Shown here: positions 1-8,782 of the stretch, piece after piece | How positions within the stretch are numbered: the stretch's first letter is position 1 | Layout of the letters: the number at the start of each line of letters is the position of its first letter | Assembly: GCA_016937995.1 (NCBI GenBank) | Contig: JAFGVM010000020.1 | Location: 1-33,668 of the forward strand | Source of the DNA: Candidatus Delongbacteria bacterium | GTDB lineage: Bacteria > UBA4055 | Reading direction: 5' to 3' | DNA: 33,668 nucleotides | Notes under the pieces: generated by a model | Told to the model about the DNA's origin: nothing | Databases searched by the model: none | What the model saw: the letters and a program-made list of their open reading frames with translations, nothing else | Made by a program: the position numbers and the translations under genes

Positions 1-39
1 AAAAGATTCACCGAATTTATGGCAGAACTAACAAGTTAA
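1..39 (+). CDS. 3' end of an upstream CDS (partial, KRFTEFMAELTS*)
   Basis: Open frame from base 1 to TAA at 37-39, followed by AT-rich intergenic DNA; too short to identify. Confidence 0.4.
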   Translation, partial: KRFTEFMAELTS

Positions 40-137
40 ATAGACAGCAGTGCAAAATCAAGAAAATATTTATGTAATAATTGTGAATAGTAAATGAATG
101 TAACATGACTTTAACAGATTTTGCAAAATAATTCCTC

Positions 138-166
138 TTGCCATGTAAGACATATAGAAATATATT
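138..166 (+). promoter_or_regulatory. sigma70-like promoter for the MBL hydrolase/pepD/ABC genes
   Basis: TTGCCA (138-143), 17 bp spacer, TATATT (161-166). Confidence 0.5.
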
Positions 167-225
167 CTTAAATCCGTTATCATATGGATCTAAACAATGC
201 AATTATTATTAAATTTGGCTCAATT

Positions 226-1176
226 ATGATCATTAAATTCTGGGGAGTACGCGGAAGCATTCCAACACCTTTATTACCAGTTGAATATGAAAATAAGATA
301 CGTGAGATTCTATCTTTAGCTTCTGCAGTTGACATTTCAGATAATAATAAGGTCGAAGCTTTTATCAGTGATCTTCCGTCTTATCTGAAAACCACTTACG
401 GAGGAAATACATCGTGTGTTACTATCAGTAGTGATCAGGTGAGCATTATATTGGATGCAGGATCAGGATTGAGACTTTTGGGTAGTGATATTGAAAACGG
501 AAAATACACAAATATAACAGGGGATGAATACCATATGTTCCTTTCCCATTTGCATTGGGATCATATTAACGGACTTCCTTTCTTTATACCTTTGCACAAA
601 AACAATTCGAAAATAAATTTTTATTCAGCCCATGAAAATTGTGAAGATGTATTATCCGAGCAACAGAAACAGGAATTTTTTCCGGTATCTCTTGAGAGTA
701 GACCGGTTGACATAGAATTTCATCAACTGACAGAAGAAAATGAAATCAAATTGAAAGACCTAAAAATTCAAACAAAAAAATTAGGCCATCCCAACGATTC
801 TTACGCTTTCAAAATAACAGACAGCAATAATAAAAGTATCGTATACTCAACCGATGGTGAATATGATCATACATCAAAAATGGATACTTATATTGCATTT
901 TATAAAGATTCTGAGATACTGATCTTTGACTGGCAATATTCTCCAGAAGACATTGGTACAAAAAAGGGATTCGGTCATTCCTCCTATAAGATAGGAATAG
1001 ATATAGCTGTAAGTTCTCAAGTTAAAAAGATAGCCCTATTCCATCATAATCACGATTATAATGATAAAGTGATCGATCAAAACTTTGAAAATGCAAAAAA
1101 ATATCTTAGGGATAAATACCCTGAAAGTAAACTTGAAATAATTTTAGCTAATGAAAATTCCGACATTAATATTTAA
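226..1176 (+). CDS. MBL-fold metallo-hydrolase (RNase Z/phosphodiesterase-like)
   Basis: N-terminal IKFWGVRGSIP, YGGNTSC, LDAGSG, metal motif HLHWDH, YSTD, GHS and FHH; start moved to ATG 226 to match the family N-terminus. Confidence 0.9.
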   Translation: MIIKFWGVRGSIPTPLLPVEYENKIREILSLASAVDISDNNKVEAFISDLPSYLKTTYGGNTSCVTISSDQVSIILDAGSGLRLLGSDIENGKYTNITGDEYHMFLSHLHWDHINGLPFFIPLHKNNSKINFYSAHENCEDVLSEQQKQEFFPVSLESRPVDIEFHQLTEENEIKLKDLKIQTKKLGHPNDSYAFKITDSNNKSIVYSTDGEYDHTSKMDTYIAFYKDSEILIFDWQYSPEDIGTKKGFGHSSYKIGIDIAVSSQVKKIALFHHNHDYNDKVIDQNFENAKKYLRDKYPESKLEIILANENSDINI

Positions 1177-1211
1177 TTGAATATCAATATCCAAACCAGG
1201 GGAGTAAATCA

Positions 1212-2654
1212 ATGATAAATGAACTGGAACCGAAATTACTTTGGAAGCATTTTTTCAATATTTCGCAGATACCTCATCCTTCCAAGAAAGAGGAGAAGCT
1301 TATAGAATATTTATTGAATTTCGCAGTTGAGAATAAACTTGAACATCAGGTGGATGCAGTTGGAAATGTATTAATAAAGAAGAATGCAACAAAAGGAAAA
1401 GAAGATGCACAAACTATAGTGTTGCAATCCCATATAGATATGGTATGTGAAAAAAATGAGGATTCTCACCATGATTTTGATAATGATCCGTTGCAGCTGG
1501 TAATTGAAAATGAATGGGTTACTGCAGTAGGAACAACATTAGGCGCAGATGATGGAATTGGTGTAGCTGCAGCATTGGCTGTATTAGAGGATAATGATAT
1601 CGAGCACGGTAATATTGAATGTCTGTTCACTGTTGATGAAGAGACAGGGTTAAACGGTGCAAATGGATTAAAAACGGATTTTCTGAACGGAACATTATTG
1701 CTGAACCTGGACTCTGAGGAAGAAGGTGCAGTTTATATAGGATGTGCCGGTGGAAAATCAACAATAATTCACAAGCAGATCGAGTTAACAGATCCTCCAA
1801 AAGAAGATTTAGTTTATAGCGTTAAAATAAGCGGATTGCAGGGGGGACATTCCGGTTTGGTTATAAATAAAGGTCTGGGAAATGCAGTAATACTTCTTGC
1901 CAGATTTTTATGGAATCTGAACGCAAAAATAAATATTTCTCTGTTTTCTTTTAATGGTGGGGATAAGCATAATGCCATTCCAAGAGAAGCAAATGCAGTT
2001 ATAAGTTTAAATCAACAGGATGAGCCACTCCTTGAAACAGAAATAAAAAAATATATTGAAGTATTTAGAAATGAATACAGAAAAATTGATGATAAGATCG
2101 AAATTTCAAAAAAAATAATAAAATATGATGGTGGAGCGTTTTGTGAAAAGGATAAAGATACTCTTTTAAATTTAGTGTATTCCTTCCCTGCAGGTGTGAG
2201 CTCCATGAGCAAAGATATTCCGGGTTTAGTTGAAACATCTACCAATTTAGCTTCAGTAACAACTAAAGATAATATAGTTAGAATTCTTACCAGTCAGAGA
2301 AGTTCTGTAGCAAGTTCAATAAAAGATATCTCGGATAGAATTATTTCATACGCTATTCTTGCAGGATATGATTATGAAACAGATGATCCTTATCCTTCCT
2401 GGACTCCGAATCCAGAATCAAAGCTTCTGAATACTGTCAAAAGTGTTTACAAAGAAATGTTCAAAGAGGATATTGAGGTTAAAGCAGTTCATGCTGGACT
2501 TGAATGTGGTATCATCGGGGATAAATATCCAAATATGGATATGGTTTCCTTTGGACCAACAGTTGAAGGAGCACATTCACCTGATGAGAGAGTCAAAATT
2601 TCTTCAGTTGAAAATTTTTGGTTATTGATAAAAGGAATCTTGAAATCAGTATAA
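1212..2654 (+). CDS. pepD: aminoacyl-histidine dipeptidase (M20C)
   Basis: LQSHIDMVCEKN, TTLGADDGIG, DEETGL, NLDSEE, GGHSG, HAGLECG, HSPDER; GGAG RBS. Confidence 0.95.
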   Translation: MINELEPKLLWKHFFNISQIPHPSKKEEKLIEYLLNFAVENKLEHQVDAVGNVLIKKNATKGKEDAQTIVLQSHIDMVCEKNEDSHHDFDNDPLQLVIENEWVTAVGTTLGADDGIGVAAALAVLEDNDIEHGNIECLFTVDEETGLNGANGLKTDFLNGTLLLNLDSEEEGAVYIGCAGGKSTIIHKQIELTDPPKEDLVYSVKISGLQGGHSGLVINKGLGNAVILLARFLWNLNAKINISLFSFNGGDKHNAIPREANAVISLNQQDEPLLETEIKKYIEVFRNEYRKIDDKIEISKKIIKYDGGAFCEKDKDTLLNLVYSFPAGVSSMSKDIPGLVETSTNLASVTTKDNIVRILTSQRSSVASSIKDISDRIISYAILAGYDYETDDPYPSWTPNPESKLLNTVKSVYKEMFKEDIEVKAVHAGLECGIIGDKYPNMDMVSFGPTVEGAHSPDERVKISSVENFWLLIKGILKSV

Positions 2655-2677
2655 CAATAGGTTTTAAGCAGGATTTT

Positions 2678-3586
2678 ATGAATGTAATAGAAGCTAAAGA
2701 TCTTACTAAACATTATAGTGGGAAAGTAAAAGCTCTGGATAAATTTAGTATTGAAGTAGAGAAAGGCAAAGTTTTCAGCCTTCTTGGACCAAACGGTGCC
2801 GGGAAAACAACTTTTATTAAATTAATGCTTTCCATAGTTAAACCAACATCAGGAGCAGCAACGATTCTTGGTTCCAATATAAATGATCCTTTAAGCCGCA
2901 AAAAAATTGGATATCTTTCGGAAAATCATGTTTTTCCGGATTATCTGAATGCTGAGCAAATTCTGTTCTATTACGGAATGATGGCAAATGTTGCAAAAAG
3001 CGACATAAAAAAGCGCATCCCGGTATTACTCAGTAAAGTTAAATTATCGGATAAGAAAAATATAAAAATTAAAAAATTTTCCAAAGGTATGCTGCAGAGG
3101 CTGGGCACAGCACAAGCATTAATTAATGATCCTGAAATAATATTTTTAGATGAACCAACCGACGGGATCGATCCGATCGGTAGAATAGAGATTCGTGAGA
3201 TATTGAATGAATTAAGAAATGAAGGCAAAACAATTTTTATAAATTCTCATTTACTAAGTGAAGTTGAAAGGATCTCTGATGAGATAGCGATACTTAAGGA
3301 TGGGAAATTAATCAAGAGAGGAAAATTAGAGAATTTTATTAATGATACCGGAAGTTACAGGATTAAACTGGTTGGATCAAAAAACGATCTTATTGAAGAA
3401 TATGCCCGAAGTAAAAATATTGAAGTTAATTTCGAGAAAGGATATTATAAGCTTGGAAGCAATGATCTTACACAATTAAATAAATTGATAGATGAGCTCA
3501 GAAGTAATGAAATTATGATTTCAGAAATATCACCCATAAAGGAAACCCTTGAAGATTATTTCATCAAAATAATAGGAGAGAATTAA
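2678..3586 (+). CDS. ABC transporter ATP-binding protein (ABC-2 exporter; PilH/XapD-like)
   Basis: Walker A GPNGAGKTT, signature FSKGMLQR, Walker B IIFLDEP, H-loop NSHLL; start at ATG 2678 after AGGA. Confidence 0.95.
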   Translation: MNVIEAKDLTKHYSGKVKALDKFSIEVEKGKVFSLLGPNGAGKTTFIKLMLSIVKPTSGAATILGSNINDPLSRKKIGYLSENHVFPDYLNAEQILFYYGMMANVAKSDIKKRIPVLLSKVKLSDKKNIKIKKFSKGMLQRLGTAQALINDPEIIFLDEPTDGIDPIGRIEIREILNELRNEGKTIFINSHLLSEVERISDEIAILKDGKLIKRGKLENFINDTGSYRIKLVGSKNDLIEEYARSKNIEVNFEKGYYKLGSNDLTQLNKLIDELRSNEIMISEISPIKETLEDYFIKIIGEN

Positions 3587-4417
3587 ATGTTGGGTGTATA
3601 TAGACTTACTCTGAAAGAAACGATCACAAAAAAAATATTTTTAACATTTTTTGTTCTGTCAACAATATTCATAATTTTGATCATTTTTGCATTAAATGTT
3701 AAAGTGGGAGGAGTTGATTCAAAGATATTGCTGGATTTTTTTGGTCAGAATATTAATGGTGACCGGGAGGGTAATTTATTTGATCCGAAAGAGATTTTAG
3801 GATATGTACAGACTGGTATAGCTATTGCGGTTTTTTTTATTTCAATATTCTTTTCCTTATTCGCCACTGCAGGGATCTTTCCAAATTTTTTAAAAAAAGG
3901 GTCGGTGGATCTTATTTTATCAAAACCGATATCCAGAGAAAAAATATTTTTAGAAAGATTCTTTGGCGCGATAACTATAGTGGGAATAAATATATTTTAT
4001 ACCGTGATATTATCTTGGATAGTCCTTTCAATAAAATTTGAAATATGGAATTATAAATTTCTTTTCGCAGGTTTAATAATTTTTATGTTTTTTTGTACTT
4101 TATTCAGTTTGCTTTCTTTGGTATCCATGCTGACAAGAAGTACAGTTATATCTTTACTGATAGTCTATTTTGTCATATTCATACTGTCCCCTATTCTGGC
4201 CGGTGTTCAAAGATTCACGATCATTGAAGGAACGATCTATCAGAGTGTTGTTAAAATTGTCTATCTTGTACTGCCAAAGATATCTGAGACAGTCGTACTG
4301 ATTAAAGATGTAGTAATGTCAGATAATTATTCAATAGCACCGATTCTCAGTTCATTCATAATTGGAATTATAGCTGTTTTAGCAAGCATAGGTATATTTA
4401 AAAGAATGGATTTTTAA
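3587..4417 (+). CDS. ABC-2 type permease
   Basis: About six hydrophobic segments, GSVDLILSKPISR motif, abuts the ATPase stop codon. Confidence 0.9.
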   Translation: MLGVYRLTLKETITKKIFLTFFVLSTIFIILIIFALNVKVGGVDSKILLDFFGQNINGDREGNLFDPKEILGYVQTGIAIAVFFISIFFSLFATAGIFPNFLKKGSVDLILSKPISREKIFLERFFGAITIVGINIFYTVILSWIVLSIKFEIWNYKFLFAGLIIFMFFCTLFSLLSLVSMLTRSTVISLLIVYFVIFILSPILAGVQRFTIIEGTIYQSVVKIVYLVLPKISETVVLIKDVVMSDNYSIAPILSSFIIGIIAVLASIGIFKRMDF

Positions 4418-4425
4418 GTATAAAG

Positions 4426-4629
4426 TCATAAAATTTCAACAAGAACATGTTCGTTGTTGATTATATTTATTTCATCAGCAAAAATTATTGCAGATAAACC
4501 GCTGATATTATTGGTAAATTGATATTCTTTTTGATCAGGTGATTCTCTCACAAAAGTAATTTTACTCTGCGTTGTTCCAATGATCACATCATTGAAGTAG
4601 ATCAATATGTCATTTTTCTCAAGTTGCAT
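4426..4629 (-). CDS. small hypothetical protein (67 aa)
   Basis: Fills the intergenic gap without overlap, ATG start, protein-like beta-rich composition; no recognised motif. Confidence 0.55.
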   Translation of the reverse strand: MQLEKNDILIYFNDVIIGTTQSKITFVRESPDQKEYQFTNNISGLSAIIFADEINIINNEHVLVEIL

Positions 4630-4718
4630 ACTTTTTACAATTCTTTTTTTTAAGCCATAAACTAATTAAAAAACAATTGGATAGCAATAATTTTGTAGAA
4701 TTAAACAATATTTTTTAC

Positions 4719-4747
4719 TTGATTAATAGTAATTGGATAAGTAGCTT
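4719..4747 (+). promoter_or_regulatory. putative sigma70 promoter for the PilZ gene
   Basis: TTGATT, 17 bp spacer, TAGCTT. Confidence 0.35.
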
Positions 4748-4778
4748 ATGGTTTTTATCGGAAAATATGGAGAATAGT

Positions 4779-5240
4779 ATGACTGAACAAAGGTTTTTTA
4801 CCAGAGTTGATCTGGACACTATTATTTTATTCGAGTACAACGATAAAAAGTTGAAAGGCAACGTAGTGGATGTTTCAGTATCAGGTGTGTTAATTGATCT
4901 GGATGATGAGATCTCGTTGAATAAAGATACCGAATATACAATTGACCTTTTTATACCGAATTCCACAATTGTTTTGAAAGCTAAAGTCAAAATGATAAGA
5001 CAGCAGGAAAAATTTTACGGGTTGCAGTTTGTGGATCTAGACCTTGGTACAATGTTCCTGATCAATACATTAAGCAGTTTTAAAAAGATCGAAATTGGAA
5101 AGTATTACTCAACTGAGCAGATCGCGGATGTGTTTGAGATGGATAATTTACTTGTCACAAGACATTTTCCTGATGAAAAGATCACAGGGGAGCAATTAAT
5201 TGAATTTATGGACAAAATGTATGAAAGGCTTAACAGCTAA
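4779..5240 (+). CDS. PilZ domain protein with a C-terminal HTH-like extension
   Basis: c-di-GMP motifs RxxxR (QRFFTR) and DxSxxG (DVSVSG), YGLQF strand; GGAG RBS before ATG 4779. Confidence 0.85.
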   Translation: MTEQRFFTRVDLDTIILFEYNDKKLKGNVVDVSVSGVLIDLDDEISLNKDTEYTIDLFIPNSTIVLKAKVKMIRQQEKFYGLQFVDLDLGTMFLINTLSSFKKIEIGKYYSTEQIADVFEMDNLLVTRHFPDEKITGEQLIEFMDKMYERLNS

Positions 5241-5251
5241 TTTAATTGAAA

Positions 5252-5617
5252 CTAAGAACCAATAGAAGCTTCTCCCATATTTTCCTCGTCAGTAATAAAA
5301 ACTGTAATATTTTTAGCATCGATCACAAATACATCAATTTCAAATTGATCTGGTAGTTTTATACTGTAGGATCCTAATATAGCATTTAGCTGATCCAGAT
5401 CACGGTGTTCTCCGGGAGTAAGTCTCACAAGACCGGGATCACTGTCCTGAATATAAGTTACTACAGAAGTAAGAACTGCAGCAGCTGTATGTTCACATAC
5501 CTGATCAGCTGCTCTTTTCACATAGCCCATCATAGCCGGAACAGCTGTTGCTGATAATATTCCAACAATAACTGAAACTACAAGTACTTCTACAAGTGTA
5601 AATCCTTTAACTTTCAT
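5252..5617 (-). CDS. type IV pilin/pseudopilin
   Basis: Class III signal MKVKG|FTLVEVLVV with E5 and P22; GGAG RBS before ATG 5617; 116-aa mature protein. Confidence 0.9.
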   Translation of the reverse strand: MKVKGFTLVEVLVVSVIVGILSATAVPAMMGYVKRAADQVCEHTAAAVLTSVVTYIQDSDPGLVRLTPGEHRDLDQLNAILGSYSIKLPDQFEIDVFVIDAKNITVFITDEENMGEASIGS

Positions 5618-5790
5618 ATATAACTCCGTTTTTGAATTTGTCTGTTGATCACGTAACACTTAATGAAAAGTAACAAACTTTTTAAAATCATACAAGAAAA
5701 AAACTTGACTATTAATAAGTATTTAAACAATATTCTTAATAACAGTTAGCTGGAATACAGGAAAAATGAAAATAATTTAAGAGTGATAAA

Positions 5791-6891
5791 ATGTTATTAA
5801 AACCCTACTCAACATCATGGAAAATTACTTACTTGGAATTTTTAATGCAGTCGTATTTTTTAAAATTACCTGAAATGGGACCAAAGAAGGTCAATATTAA
5901 GGGTATTAACAAGATAAACGAGGCTAACTTAAAGGGTTATAAAAGTATTGAGGAAGATCAGCTGATAAATAGAAACTTCGAAGCAATGAAATTTTCAAAA
6001 ACTCTGATTAATAGTGAATCTGAACATGCGAAAAGACTGTTGCAAAATAGAACTACTGAAGAAGATGATGATAACGAGATAGTGATCCAGAAATACAATA
6101 TGAATGATTATGGAGCTATATTCACTATTGAACTTTTTGATATATTATGGTTATATGAAGTAAAAAATGGAGATTTAACTGAAGATCTTGATATCATCAA
6201 AGATACAATGACATTTGGAGAACACAATAAAGAACTTACTACCTTTGAGGAAGCATTAGAATTTTTTGGAAACTACCTGGAAAATCCAGCCAAGAAAGAA
6301 TTGCTTGAAAAAGCTATTGAAGGATTAAATAAATCACTGGAAGGTTACAAAGAAAACCCGTTTGCTTATTTTTGCTTAGGTTTAATTTATCATAGACCAA
6401 CAGATAATTATGATCTTGTTAAGGCTGAAGAATGTTTCTTGAATGCTGAAAAGCATGCAGTAGATAATGAAAATAAAATATTTGCGGCCTATATTGAATT
6501 TATGCTTGGGTGGATCTATTACATAAGGGGTGACATAGATAAAGCTATAAAAGTTACATTGAAGTCTCTTAGTAAAGATGAGATAATTTTATCCGAAACT
6601 TACTATAATCTGGCAAAATACTATGCGATAAAAAAAGATGCGGTAAATTCCATAAAATATCTGGATATTATCGTAATGAATGCAGATAATTTTTATACTC
6701 TTAAAGCAGACATTGATGATGATTTTGCATCAATAAGAGATGAGTTAGAAAAGTATTTTGTCCATTTGCGTGATGATGCAAGAAAAGCAGTTGATAATGC
6801 TCTAAATGAATATGGGATTAGTCTTAAGGTAAATATAGATGTGAATGATAATGATATAAGCGAGCAATCCAATGATGAGGGTATTGAGTAG
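5791..6891 (+). CDS. TPR-repeat protein of unknown function
   Basis: TPR-like helices AYFCLGLIY, FMLGWIYYIRGDIDKA and YYNLAKYYA, plus a KADIDDDF cap. Confidence 0.8.
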   Translation: MLLKPYSTSWKITYLEFLMQSYFLKLPEMGPKKVNIKGINKINEANLKGYKSIEEDQLINRNFEAMKFSKTLINSESEHAKRLLQNRTTEEDDDNEIVIQKYNMNDYGAIFTIELFDILWLYEVKNGDLTEDLDIIKDTMTFGEHNKELTTFEEALEFFGNYLENPAKKELLEKAIEGLNKSLEGYKENPFAYFCLGLIYHRPTDNYDLVKAEECFLNAEKHAVDNENKIFAAYIEFMLGWIYYIRGDIDKAIKVTLKSLSKDEIILSETYYNLAKYYAIKKDAVNSIKYLDIIVMNADNFYTLKADIDDDFASIRDELEKYFVHLRDDARKAVDNALNEYGISLKVNIDVNDNDISEQSNDEGIE

Positions 6892-6933
6892 AAAGCTAAT
6901 ACCAGGGAATGTGAAATAACCTAGAAACGATGA

Positions 6934-8406
6934 ATGGATTTTAATAAGGTTTTTAAATTAAATACAGAAAGGTATCATATAAACGATACCGAGTATAGAA
7001 AATTGATTGAGAAATCGTTAAGGAAATTAGCTAAAGTTCTGATGTATGATAGTTTTCTCGGTTATGAATCAAACATACCTCATGTTGAGAATTTTGCGAT
7101 ATTATTAGATCGCCATAGAAAAGATCACGATAAATATTACAAGTCCAATTATGATAAGCTGAAAAGTGTAACAAAGGGTTTTTACTGTGACAAAAAAGGA
7201 TTCACAACACAAATTGAAAAAGATATTTTTGAACTGATCGATCAGGTGAAGAATCTTCTGAAAATTGAAAGTTATTCAGAAAATAACAAATCAAAAGAAA
7301 TATTTCCAAAAATCGATTCAAAATTAGAAGAGTTCATCCGGGAAACACAACTGGTCGATAAAAGGATCAGACGAAGTTATCAGGAAAGTGTAGCCCGGAT
7401 AAGAAATTTGATAGAGATGGATTCATATATTTCTCTGCAATCTGTCGCCAACGAACTTAAAAGGGTTGAAAAACTTAAGAATGATAATAAAATTAAATAC
7501 AATAATGTCTATTTAAGGAATGTAAACAGATATGAGTCTAAGCTTGATGAATTCAACAGGGTAAAATCATTTCTTTTGATCAAAGAAAAAGAGGTTTTAG
7601 ATCTTCAATTCAGTGATATAGAAAAATTACTAAGATCACAAAGTTATGATAAATTTGAAAATGCTTCTGATATACTCGATCTGATAGAAGAAAAATTTGA
7701 CTCCGCTATTTCAGATAAAAAAGAAAGAATTATAAAATATTTACGGACAGAAGTTGAGGGTTATGCAGGTTATATTTGGACAGAAGACCATGAGTCATTA
7801 AAAGTAGGATCTGAAAAATTAATATCTGAAGCACAAAAATCCAAAGATTTCAATGATCTTAACCTGGATAAATTTAAAGTAGATGAAAGAATAAACTTAA
7901 AAAAGAAAGTAATAGATGAGTTCATTAAGAGCCTGATAGATTCTTCAGGCAGCTACAGAAGAGATAAAAAAGCCAGAGTCGCCGGAGTTATCAAACAAGC
8001 TGAAACATTTTATCGCAGGGACATATCTCAAAAAGAATTTTCTGATTTTGTAAAAAAATCTAATAGTATGCTGGCAGGAAGTCAGTCAAATAGTGAAACA
8101 GTAAAAAAATCAGGAAAAAAAATACCAATAAAATGGATCCTGGTGATAGTAATGCTGCTTTTATCTTCTGCATTCTACATTTATGACGCAAATAAAATGA
8201 AAGAATATAACGCAGTTAAAGGTCAGGAATATTTAAGGCACATTTCTAAGATCGCTTATTTTACAAGAAGAGCAGGAGGAGAGTTAAATAAGTTTAAGAT
8301 AAGGAAAAGAATTTACGTTCCCGAAGATGATCTATCCATTCTTGTATTAACTGATTCAACAGTCACTATTGACTACAAAGGAAATATAATAAAAGGCAAT
8401 TTTTAA
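6934..8406 (+). CDS. hypothetical helical protein with one C-proximal TM helix
   Basis: 490-aa ORF, charged helical N-terminal region, TM WILVIVMLLLSSAFYIY preceded by lysines. Confidence 0.8.
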   Translation: MDFNKVFKLNTERYHINDTEYRKLIEKSLRKLAKVLMYDSFLGYESNIPHVENFAILLDRHRKDHDKYYKSNYDKLKSVTKGFYCDKKGFTTQIEKDIFELIDQVKNLLKIESYSENNKSKEIFPKIDSKLEEFIRETQLVDKRIRRSYQESVARIRNLIEMDSYISLQSVANELKRVEKLKNDNKIKYNNVYLRNVNRYESKLDEFNRVKSFLLIKEKEVLDLQFSDIEKLLRSQSYDKFENASDILDLIEEKFDSAISDKKERIIKYLRTEVEGYAGYIWTEDHESLKVGSEKLISEAQKSKDFNDLNLDKFKVDERINLKKKVIDEFIKSLIDSSGSYRRDKKARVAGVIKQAETFYRRDISQKEFSDFVKKSNSMLAGSQSNSETVKKSGKKIPIKWILVIVMLLLSSAFYIYDANKMKEYNAVKGQEYLRHISKIAYFTRRAGGELNKFKIRKRIYVPEDDLSILVLTDSTVTIDYKGNIIKGNF

Positions 8407-8469
8407 TTAGCCAGTAAATTTTAATCTCATATACCTGAAAAAAAAATTAAAAAAATATTCAAATATTTC

Positions 8470-8500
8470 TTGACAATCAAAAAAAATAGATTTATCTTTG
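8470..8500 (+). promoter_or_regulatory. promoter of the tRNA-rpmG-secE-nusG operon
   Basis: TTGACA (8470-8475), 17 bp spacer, TATCTT (8493-8498); A-tract UP-like element upstream. Confidence 0.8.
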
Positions 8501-8517
8501 CAATCCGTTAAACAAAT

Positions 8518-8591
8518 GCTAATGTAGCTCAGTTGGCTAGAGCAGCTGATTTGTAATCAGCCGGTCGGGGGTTCAAGTCCCTCTATTAGCA
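8518..8591 (+). tRNA. tRNA-Thr (TGT)
   Basis: Acceptor GCTAATG/TATTAGC, anticodon arm GCTGA-TTTGTAA-TCAGC, T-loop GTTCAAG. Confidence 0.97.
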
Positions 8592-8597
8592 CGTTGT

Positions 8598-8680
8598 GGG
8601 TCAGTGTCCGAGTGGCTAAAGGAGGCAGACTGTAAATCTGTTGGCGTATGCCTACGGTGGTTCGAACCCATCCTGGCCCA
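8598..8680 (+). tRNA. tRNA-Tyr (GTA)
   Basis: Acceptor GGGTCAG/CTGGCCC, anticodon loop CTGTAAA, long variable arm, GTTCGAA. Confidence 0.97.
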
Positions 8681-8700
8681 CAAAATATCAGGAAGTATAA

Positions 8701-8774
8701 GCGGGAGTAGCTCAGTCGGCTAGAGCATCAGCCTTCCAAGCTGAGGGTCGCGAGTTCGAATCTCGTTTCCCGCT
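8701..8774 (+). tRNA. tRNA-Gly (TCC)
   Basis: Acceptor GCGGGAG/TTCCCGC, anticodon loop CTTCCAA, discriminator T. Confidence 0.97.
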
Positions 8775-8782
8775 CATAAATT

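Noticed and set aside
51..125. Inverted repeat TGCAAAATC / GATTTTGCA
   Set aside because: Only 9 bp with a long AT-rich spacer; compatible with chance
17..202. 61-aa minus-strand ORF
   Set aside because: Overlaps the promoter region and has low-complexity AT-rich composition; likely spurious
226..1176. MBL hydrolase as the RNase Z for the CCA-less tRNAs, or as a beta-lactamase
   Set aside because: The motifs give only the fold; substrate cannot be assigned and nothing links it to the tRNAs
5252..5617. Conductive e-pilin
   Set aside because: Only 7 Phe/Tyr in 116 mature residues and Met at position 24; aromatic density is low
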